From assembly GCA_022530585.1 (NCBI GenBank), contig CP092821.1, forward strand, positions 585,525 through 649,524: a stretch of 64,000 nt of DNA, read 5' to 3'. The stretch is from Candidatus Nealsonbacteria bacterium DGGOD1a (GTDB lineage: Bacteria > Patescibacteriota > Minisyncoccia > Minisyncoccales > UBA5738). The position numbers and the translations under genes were made by a program. Positions 56,865 to 64,000 of this stretch are shown in pieces (position 1 is the stretch's first letter; each line of letters begins with the position of its first letter). The notes beneath the pieces are model-generated. The model did no database searches. It was not told the origin of the DNA and worked only from the letters and a program-made list of their open reading frames with translations.

Positions 56865-59807
56865 ATGAAACCTACGGAGTCAAAATCAGTGCAGGAACGG
56901 ATAATTAAATACGCCACGGAAATTGGATGGAAATATGTTGGTCGCGATGAAAGCGATACTCGACGATCCGCCGTCGATGATACTATTTCAAACAAAGGCG
57001 ATGATGCATATAAAAAACAACCATATTATTTGGAAGTTTTGATGCCGAAGTTGCGGGAGTTTAATCCTTGGTTGGCGGAAAATTTTAGTTTGCCGGTGAT
57101 ATTGCCCAGAATTGAAGGTAATCGGCAGATGCTTTTGGCATTGCGGGGGCAAAGCACGGCTTATGATGAAAATGAAAAGCGGGAACGGAATGTGACGGTG
57201 ATTGATTTTGAAAATTGGGAACGGAATGTGTTTGAGGTGACAGATGAATTTTCATTTTCCAATGGCCGTTATGGAAACCGGCAGGATATTGTGTTTTTGA
57301 TCAATGGGATCCCAGTGATTGTTTTGGAATGCAAGAATCTGACCACGACCGAGGGGATTGATAAAGCGCTGGACCAGATCCGGCGCTACCATCACGAAAC
57401 GCCCGAACTATTGGCTCTGGAGCAAGGTTTTGTTGCCAGCGAAGGAATGCGACTTGAATATGGCGTAACTTGGGATACGGAACGGCGCAATATCTTTGTT
57501 TGGAAGGGCCAGCCTTCGCCAAAGGCTACGGCCTGGCACAGCAACAAGGGCGGCGCGGATAATTTGGAATATAAAATCAAAACATTTTTCAACATAGAGC
57601 ATATTTTAAACATTATCGAGAAATACATAATGTTTATTGAGAAGGATGAAACACTCTCCAAAATCATTTTGCGGGAGCATCAGGCGAATGCCGTGGAGGC
57701 AGTGTTAAAACGAGCATTAGGCGAGGAAAAAGCGCACGGGTTGATCTGGCACACCCAGGGATCAGGCAAGACATTTACAATGATCAAAACTGCCGAGCTT
57801 TTATTTAAATCAAGCGCCGCGGATAAGCCAACGGTAATAATGATGCTGGATCGAAACGAGTTGGAGGGGCAAATGGAGGGTAATTTAACTGCCGCGGGGA
57901 TTAAAAATGTTCGCAAAGCGGGGAGCATCAGCGATTTGGTTGATATTTTACACTCTGATTACCGCGGAATTGTTATTACCATGATCCACAAATTCCGGGG
58001 ATTACCGGCAAATTTGAATACTCGGAAAAACATTTTTGTTTTAATCGATGAGGCGCATCGCACTACCGGCAGCGATTTGGGAACCTTTATGATGGCGGCT
58101 ATGCCCAAGGCCACATTTATCGGTTATACCGGCACACCAATTGATAAAACTCAATACGGGAGAGGAACATTCAAAACTTTCGGTATTGATGATGCCAAAG
58201 GATATCTACATAAATACAGCATCAGTGAAAGTATTGAAGACGGAACAACTCTGCCGCTTTATTATTCATTGGCGCCCAATGAAATGCTGGTTCCCAAGGA
58301 AACCCTTGAACGGGAATTTTTGAATTTGGCCGAAAAGCACGGGATTACCGATATTGAGGAGTTAAACGCGATATTGGAGCGAGCGGTGAATACGAGAAAC
58401 TTCCTAAAAGGTCAAGGACGCATTGAAAAAGTGGGTAAGTTTATTGCCGACCATTTCAAGCAATATATCGAACCGATGAACTACAAGGCGTTTGTGGTAG
58501 CGGTAGATAGGGAAGCCTGCGCCTTATACAAGCAAGAGCTGGATAAATATCTTCCCAAAGAATGGAGCGAAGTGGTTTATACCGGCAATAACAACGATTC
58601 CAGACTGTTAAAGGAATTTACCCTCGACGAAGATAAAGAAAAGGAAGTTAGGCGTGATTTCACCAGATTCGGCGCTAATCCAAAGATTTTAATCGTTACC
58701 GAAAAACTTTTAACCGGATACGACGCCCCAATTCTGTATTGCATGTATTTGGATAAGCCAATGCGCGATCATGCGTTATTGCAAACCATTGCCCGCGTTA
58801 ATCGGCCCTATGAAAATGAAACGATGAAGATGGTAAAGCCGCACGGATTTATTTTGGATTTCGTGGGTATTTTTGACAAACTGGAGAAAGCGCTCTCGTT
58901 TGACAGCGATGAAATTAACGCGATTATTAAAGATTTATCTCTGCTTAAAACCCAATTCGTGAAAAAGCTGGACGAGGACACTAAGCAGTATTTTGATTTG
59001 CTAACAGGGCCGTTCAATGACCGAATGGCAGGTGTCTTAATTGAGCATTTCCGAGATGAAGAAAAACGGAAGGCGTTTTTCAAGCTCTACAACGAAATCG
59101 AAATGATTTACGAAATAATTTCGCCTGATCCTTTCCTGCGGCAATATCTTGATCAATACACTACCTTGGCAAGCATGTATCAGATTGTCCGCAACGCATT
59201 TGCAAAACAAGTCCGATATGATACCGAATTTCTAAAAAAGACTGCCGGCCTTGTACGCGAACAAATACAAAGCAGCCCGGTTAAGCTTGGGACGGAATTA
59301 ATAAAACTTGACGAGAAGGGGATTGAGATCATAAAGGGAAAGAATCAGCCCGATGAAGTAAAAATTATCAACCTCATAAAGACTATTCAGCGGTTGGCCG
59401 AAGAAAAATCCGGCGATCCGGTGCTAATTTCGGTCAAAGAGCGGGCCGAAGACATCATGGATGCCTATACAAGCCGCCAAGTGACCACGCAAGAGGCTTT
59501 AAAGCAGCTGTTGGAATTAGCCGAAGGCGAAGCGGAGCGCAGCGAAAAACAACAAAAAGAAGGTATTTCCAGCGTCGCCTGGTTTATCCGCGATGTTTTG
59601 GCTAGCGAGAAAATCGTGGATATGGAAGCGGTTAAGGATTTGGAATCAATAACCGGCGGCTATCCGGAATTTGCCAAAAGCGAAAAACTGACCCGGGATT
59701 TGAGAAATGATTTATACAGCCGGCTGGAATCATTGGGCTTATCTCTTGTTGACCAGAAAAAAATTACTGCTGCGATCATTGAAACAATCGCAAGAACTTG
59801 TCAATGA
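56865..59807 (+). CDS. hsdR: Type I restriction enzyme, R (endonuclease/helicase) subunit
   Basis: N-terminal nuclease core DIVFLINGIPVIVLECK. Helicase motifs HTQGSGKT and DEAHR. 980 aa. Confidence 0.9.
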   Translation: MKPTESKSVQERIIKYATEIGWKYVGRDESDTRRSAVDDTISNKGDDAYKKQPYYLEVLMPKLREFNPWLAENFSLPVILPRIEGNRQMLLALRGQSTAYDENEKRERNVTVIDFENWERNVFEVTDEFSFSNGRYGNRQDIVFLINGIPVIVLECKNLTTTEGIDKALDQIRRYHHETPELLALEQGFVASEGMRLEYGVTWDTERRNIFVWKGQPSPKATAWHSNKGGADNLEYKIKTFFNIEHILNIIEKYIMFIEKDETLSKIILREHQANAVEAVLKRALGEEKAHGLIWHTQGSGKTFTMIKTAELLFKSSAADKPTVIMMLDRNELEGQMEGNLTAAGIKNVRKAGSISDLVDILHSDYRGIVITMIHKFRGLPANLNTRKNIFVLIDEAHRTTGSDLGTFMMAAMPKATFIGYTGTPIDKTQYGRGTFKTFGIDDAKGYLHKYSISESIEDGTTLPLYYSLAPNEMLVPKETLEREFLNLAEKHGITDIEELNAILERAVNTRNFLKGQGRIEKVGKFIADHFKQYIEPMNYKAFVVAVDREACALYKQELDKYLPKEWSEVVYTGNNNDSRLLKEFTLDEDKEKEVRRDFTRFGANPKILIVTEKLLTGYDAPILYCMYLDKPMRDHALLQTIARVNRPYENETMKMVKPHGFILDFVGIFDKLEKALSFDSDEINAIIKDLSLLKTQFVKKLDEDTKQYFDLLTGPFNDRMAGVLIEHFRDEEKRKAFFKLYNEIEMIYEIISPDPFLRQYLDQYTTLASMYQIVRNAFAKQVRYDTEFLKKTAGLVREQIQSSPVKLGTELIKLDEKGIEIIKGKNQPDEVKIINLIKTIQRLAEEKSGDPVLISVKERAEDIMDAYTSRQVTTQEALKQLLELAEGEAERSEKQQKEGISSVAWFIRDVLASEKIVDMEAVKDLESITGGYPEFAKSEKLTRDLRNDLYSRLESLGLSLVDQKKITAAIIETIARTCQ

Positions 59808-60127
59808 CAAAGGAACCAGTAAAAACTTGGGAATCGAAGCGGGAATTTAAGGAAGAGGTCTATTTGAACGCCGATAAATTCAAGGTGAAAGTGAAACAGA
59901 TCACCGTTAGACCAATGACCCGCAAATGGGCAAGCTGTTCCACTAATGGTTATTTTACCTTCAACGCGGAGTTGCTCGGAATGGACCGCACCCTTGGCCA
60001 GTATGTAATCGTACACGAGATATTGCACTATCACATCCCAAACCACGGCAAGCTCTGGAAAAGCTTAATGAAAACCCACTTAGGCGATTACAAGGAATTT
60101 GAAGATAAGTTAAGGCAATTATCCTAA
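59798..60127 (+). CDS. YgjP-like (DUF45/SprT-like) zinc metallopeptidase
   Basis: HEILHYHIPNHG HExxH motif. Overlaps the hsdR stop by 10 nt. Confidence 0.7.
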   Translation: MSMTKEPVKTWESKREFKEEVYLNADKFKVKVKQITVRPMTRKWASCSTNGYFTFNAELLGMDRTLGQYVIVHEILHYHIPNHGKLWKSLMKTHLGDYKEFEDKLRQLS

Positions 60128-60309
60128 GGCGACTTCCATAAATAACTTCCATATATTGCCCGCAGATTTGGTTCAGATTTCAATTTTTCCGCCCGAGCAA
60201 TATTCGAGGCGTAGCTTGGGCTACGGCGGAAATATTGCGACCAAGGAAAATTGAAATATGAAGCAAAGATGCGGGTATGGTGTAGAAGTTATTTATGGAA
60301 GTCGCCTAA
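60125..60309. repeat. ~185-bp long-hairpin (MITE-like) element P2 with 23-bp perfect terminal inverted repeats
   Basis: aggcgacttccataaataacttc (60127-60149) pairs with gaagttatttatggaagtcgcct (60285-60307). Internal arms also pair (cccgca/tgcggg, tttcaattttcc/ggaaaattgaaa, caatatt/aatattg). The upstream stop codon abuts the left arm. Confidence 0.8.
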
Positions 60310-60468
60310 ATCCGCACCTTGAATTTTGGGTTAAAACAGGCCATAATCAAAAAATATTGATACTCATTTTTAATTGAAAATTGTTTCATTGCAAATTCAA
60401 TGTCCGCCGGAGGCGGATCCGTCCTTTGGCGGGAAAATTGATAATTGAAAATTGAAAATTTTATTTCT

Positions 60469-61536
60469 ATGTCTCTTCATGTCGGAATTGTGGGATTGCC
60501 CAATGTTGGCAAATCCACATTATTCAAAACTATCACCAAAAAGCAGGTGGACTGCGCGAATTATCCGTTTTGCACCATTGATCCGAACATCGGCGTGGTG
60601 GCGGTCAATGACGAACGCGTCGACAAACTGGCCGAACTGACAAAATCAGTCAAAAAAATATTTACCACCGTGGAATTCGTGGACATTGCCGGGTTGGTCA
60701 AGGGCGCGTCCACGGGCGAAGGATTGGGCAACAAATTTCTGCAAAACATCCGCGAAACCGATGCGATTCTGTATATTTTGCGGGCGTTCAAAAACGAAAA
60801 AATCGTCAACACTGAAAGTTCGGTTAATCCCTTGCGCGACAAGGATATTTTGGATACCGAATTGGCGTTAAAAGATTTGGAAACCGTTTCCAAACGGCTG
60901 GACGGCGCGGAAAGCGAAACGCGCGGAAATAAACCGGGCGCGAAAGAAGAAGCATCGGCCTTGACCAAAATCAAACCGCTTCTGGAACAAGGAAATATTT
61001 TATCCGAGATGGCGTTGAGCGGCGATGAGAAAAAAATTATCGGTCATCTACAATTACTAACGATGAAACCGCGGCTCTATGTTTTGAACGGCGTTGAAGC
61101 GGAAATCGATCCCGCGGTTTTAGAAACTTTTAAAAAGAATGGCTGGTCTTATATTATCATTGATATTTTGGGCGAGAATGAAGGCGAAGGTTTGACGCCG
61201 CAAGAAAAAAAAGAATTCGATCTGCCCAACGGCGAAAATTTGGATTTATTGATCAAAAAATCATACGAGCTTTTGAATCTGATCACATTTTTCACCACCG
61301 GCCCGGACGAAACCCGCGCCTGGACATTAAAGAAGGGGAGTGCCGCGCCTCAAGCCGGCGGCGCAATTCATACCGATTTTGAAAAAAAATTCATCCGCGC
61401 CGAAGTGGTCAACTGGCAAGACCTTTTGAGCGCCGGGGGATTCTCCCAGGCCCGCGAAAAAGCCCTGATTCGCACCGAAGGCAAAGAATATATCGTCCAA
61501 GATGGCGATGTGATCGAAATCAAAGCCAATGCCTAG
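60469..61536 (+). CDS. ychF: Ribosome-binding ATPase YchF
   Basis: MSLHVGIVGLPNVGKSTLF, and the C-terminal TGS-type region AGGAIHTDFEKKFIRAEV. Confidence 0.9.
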   Translation: MSLHVGIVGLPNVGKSTLFKTITKKQVDCANYPFCTIDPNIGVVAVNDERVDKLAELTKSVKKIFTTVEFVDIAGLVKGASTGEGLGNKFLQNIRETDAILYILRAFKNEKIVNTESSVNPLRDKDILDTELALKDLETVSKRLDGAESETRGNKPGAKEEASALTKIKPLLEQGNILSEMALSGDEKKIIGHLQLLTMKPRLYVLNGVEAEIDPAVLETFKKNGWSYIIIDILGENEGEGLTPQEKKEFDLPNGENLDLLIKKSYELLNLITFFTTGPDETRAWTLKKGSAAPQAGGAIHTDFEKKFIRAEVVNWQDLLSAGGFSQAREKALIRTEGKEYIVQDGDVIEIKANA

Positions 61537-61564
61537 AAACAAGCGAAAAATGGCGAATAACTTT

Positions 61565-61589
61565 GGATTACGAAACGCTTTGCATTTTG
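61565..61589. repeat. Solo IS982/MITE-A terminus
   Basis: ggattacgaaacgctttgcattttg matches the reverse complement of 30017-30041. The preceding ctttggattacgaaac differs by 1 nt from the IS982 TIR. Confidence 0.6.
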
Positions 61590-61636
61590 AATCTAACGGT
61601 TCCGCAATTCAAGATAATTAAAACAATTAAAAAAAT

Positions 61637-62182
61637 ATGGATAAATTATTGGTCACGATAATCGCGTTATTTTTGATTGTTGGCGGATCCTATCTGATTT
61701 GGCAAAACACAAAAACGCAAAGCGAACCAATCAAAACCGCGCCAATAGCCAGTTTCGAGGAATGTGTCGCGGCCGGAAATATGATTATGGAATCCTATCC
61801 GCGGCAATGCGGCACGCCCGACGGCAAACATTTCACCGAGAATATCGGCAATGCCAATGAAATGAGCGATTTAATCGCGGTCGATGCGCCCCGGCCCAAC
61901 GAAATCGTCAAATCTCCGTTGACAATTACCGGCAAAGCGCGCGGCACATGGTATTTCGAAGCCTCGTTCCCGGCGCAAATCATAGACGCGAACGGACAAC
62001 AACTGGGAATCGTTCCCGCGCAAGCGCAAGGCGAATGGATGACCGAAGATTTCGTGCCTTTCCGCGCGACCATTGAATTTACCGCCCCGGCAACCGCCAC
62101 CGGAAGTTTATTGTTAAAAAATGATAATCCTTCGGGCCTTCAAGAAAATAACAAGCAATTAATAATTCCGGTTAAATTCTAG
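61637..62182 (+). CDS. Secreted Gmad2 Ig-like domain protein
   Basis: N-terminal TM segment. SPLTITGKARGTWYFEASFP...FVPFRATIEF. Confidence 0.65.
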   Translation: MDKLLVTIIALFLIVGGSYLIWQNTKTQSEPIKTAPIASFEECVAAGNMIMESYPRQCGTPDGKHFTENIGNANEMSDLIAVDAPRPNEIVKSPLTITGKARGTWYFEASFPAQIIDANGQQLGIVPAQAQGEWMTEDFVPFRATIEFTAPATATGSLLLKNDNPSGLQENNKQLIIPVKF

Positions 62183-62190
62183 GATTTCTT

Positions 62191-63042
62191 ATGAAAACAA
62201 AGATTATCTATTCGGAAAAGTGCTTGGAATACGGCGGGATTACCGGACCGGAAAACGCGGAACGGATTTTGACGGCCGCGCAAATTTTAAAAAACAAAAA
62301 ATATGAGTTTATCGAACCCGTCGCGGCCGGCGACGAGGAAATTTCGCGCGCGCACGCCAAAGAATACATCGAAGCCGTGGAAAATGGCGCGGTCGATGAT
62401 CCGGACACGCCCGCGTACGACAATATCCGCCAGTACGCGCGATTAGCGGCCGGCGCGGCAATCGCCGCCGCCAAAACCAACGGATTTTCACTAATGCGGC
62501 CGCCAGGCCACCATTGCGGAGTCAACGGAAAAGCGCTGGGCGCGGTTACGCGCGGATTTTGCTATTTTAACAATATCGCCATCGCCGTAAAAAAAATGGC
62601 TAAAAAAACCATAATCATTGATATTGACGCGCATCACGGCAACGGCACGCAGGAAATATTTTCCGGCGATAGAAAAACAGTTTATATTTCGATTCACCGA
62701 AAAAATGTTTTTCCGCAAACCGGCGGCCGATCGTACGATAATTGCCGGAATTATCCGTTGGAAGCCGAATGCGGAGGTAAATTATATCTAAAAACCCTTA
62801 AAACCGCGCTGCTTGAAAATAAAAACGAAATAAATTCCGCCGAATTGATCGCGATATCCGCGGGATTTGACGGACACCAAGGGGATATAGTTTCGCTTGG
62901 ACTGGAAACAAAAGATTATAACAACATCGGCAAAGAAATCGGAAAATTAAGCAAACCGATGTTTTTCGTTCTTGAGGGCGGCTATAACGGCCGGGATTTG
63001 GGAAATGATATTGATGCTTTCCTTAAAGGCATCGAAATTTAA
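62191..63042 (+). CDS. Histone deacetylase-family (Zn-dependent deacetylase) protein
   Basis: RPPGHH, DIDAHHGNGTQ and EGGY motifs. Confidence 0.8.
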   Translation: MKTKIIYSEKCLEYGGITGPENAERILTAAQILKNKKYEFIEPVAAGDEEISRAHAKEYIEAVENGAVDDPDTPAYDNIRQYARLAAGAAIAAAKTNGFSLMRPPGHHCGVNGKALGAVTRGFCYFNNIAIAVKKMAKKTIIIDIDAHHGNGTQEIFSGDRKTVYISIHRKNVFPQTGGRSYDNCRNYPLEAECGGKLYLKTLKTALLENKNEINSAELIAISAGFDGHQGDIVSLGLETKDYNNIGKEIGKLSKPMFFVLEGGYNGRDLGNDIDAFLKGIEI

Positions 63043-63114
63043 AATAATATTGTGCGACATTGCATTCATAATAAAAATCGCCGGCTGAAGGCGATTTTTT
63101 ATGGCATCAAATTC

Positions 63115-64000
63115 CTATTTTTCTTTCAAATGCCGGCCGCTGTGGAATTGGCGATGGACATCGCGCAAATGCTTGTTGGTCACATGCGTGTAAATTTGCG
63201 TTGTTATGATATTTTGATGGCCCAAAAATTCCTGAATGGTTCTCAAGTCGACTCCTTGCATCAAAAGATCGGTGGCCATTGAGTGGCGCAGCGTGTGAGG
63301 GGTCGTAAACATCGGCACGCCGCCCAAAATCGCGTATTTCTTTACCAAGCGCTCAATCGACCGGCTCGTAAGCCGCCTTTCGGCGCTATCGGAAGTGTGA
63401 AAATTAATAAACAGAGCTTTTTCGGTTTTGTCGCAATGACCATCCCGGATTTTAATATATTTCCTTATCCAATCCAAGGCGCGGCTTGAAAAATAAACCG
63501 TGCGCGGATGCTTGCCCTTGCCGATAATACCCAGTTCGAGTTCCTTGCCTTCTTTAAGATTGGCGAATTGTTCGCGATTCAAACTTACCAGTTCGGCGAT
63601 GCGCAATCCGGTTGAAAAAAGCGACTCCAAAATCGCCCGGTCGCGGATACCGGCTTCAGTGTTGATATCCGGCGCCAATAAAAGTTTTTCCACTTGATCC
63701 AAATTCAAGAACTTCACGGTTTTCTCTTTTTTCACATCGCGCGGCAACGAAATCTTATCCGCCGGCAAAGAAATTATATCTTTGGCCGTAAAATAGCCCA
63801 ATAAGGCCCGCAAAGCGATCAAGTAGTAGTTTTGTGTGGCTTTAGCCAATAAATGGCCCCGAGGGTCGTTAAAACGCGACAGATAAACCCTGTAAGCCCA
63901 AACATCGCCACTCGTAAGCTGATGCGGCAGAATTTGGTCTTTTCGGGTGTTTTCCAGCCAATAAATGAATTTTTGCAGATATCTCCGGTAGTTTTTCTGG
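63115..64000 (-). CDS. Tyrosine recombinase (XerC/D-like), N-terminus beyond the window end
   Basis: Catalytic RxxxR..HxLRH..Y pattern (GLRIAEL, HTLRHSMAT, LGHQNIITTQIYTHV). Own translation shows the frame stays open from 63849 to 64000 (..YRVYLSRFNDPRGHLLAKATQ..). Confidence 0.85.
   Translation of the reverse strand, partial: QKNYRRYLQKFIYWLENTRKDQILPHQLTSGDVWAYRVYLSRFNDPRGHLLAKATQNYYLIALRALLGYFTAKDIISLPADKISLPRDVKKEKTVKFLNLDQVEKLLLAPDINTEAGIRDRAILESLFSTGLRIAELVSLNREQFANLKEGKELELGIIGKGKHPRTVYFSSRALDWIRKYIKIRDGHCDKTEKALFINFHTSDSAERRLTSRSIERLVKKYAILGGVPMFTTPHTLRHSMATDLLMQGVDLRTIQEFLGHQNIITTQIYTHVTNKHLRDVHRQFHSGRHLKEK

Overview
The window is gene-dense, moderately AT-rich and mostly coded on the + strand. 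Its content is many small secreted or membrane orphan proteins, L9, L27, CTP synthase, RecQ, ExoVII, MltG, YchF, isopentenyl phosphate kinase, a serpin and very little metabolism. This suggests a reduced-genome bacterium, probably Patescibacteria/CPR (inference only; nothing was searched). No rRNA, tRNA or CRISPR array was found.

Main blocks:
- 1-3190: a minus-strand mini mobile element with a serine recombinase, a Rep-like protein and two orphans. A terminator-capped structured RNA candidate follows at 3296-3482.
- 4914-7546: a pyrD-like / pyrF / phosphoribosyltransferase trio.
- 7960-8850: a GIY-YIG gene sandwiched between two GC-rich non-coding structured segments.
- 8917-10134: a DUF2726-type nuclease gene bracketed by perfect 33-bp direct repeats.
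- 13469-17557: HicAB, a frameshifted second GIY-YIG gene, recQ and an IS630 copy.
- 17653-31490: an S8 protease and secreted or envelope genes, ending with a serpin.
- 31526-51402: housekeeping genes (pcm, peptidases, xseAB, ctpA-like, rplI, pyrG, rpmA), an IS30 copy, an isoprenoid trio, radC, a Phd/RelE pair and a Kazal-like secreted protein.
- 51473-60127: a tightly coupled six-gene Type I R-M operon (hsdM, DUF3800, hsdS, DUF2806-like, hsdR, YgjP-like peptidase). An IS982-family element has recently split it, and the pre-insertion junction can be rebuilt to the nucleotide.
- 63115-64000: a Xer-type tyrosine recombinase that runs off the window end.

The most unusual signal is not protein-coding. 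At least nine copies of a ~110-145 bp three-hairpin interspersed element fall into three subfamilies. These show compensatory stem changes, strand-specific G-U pairing and a strand bias. The window also holds several other palindromic or MITE-like families, one of them inside a coding sequence. Three genes are broken at homopolymer runs.
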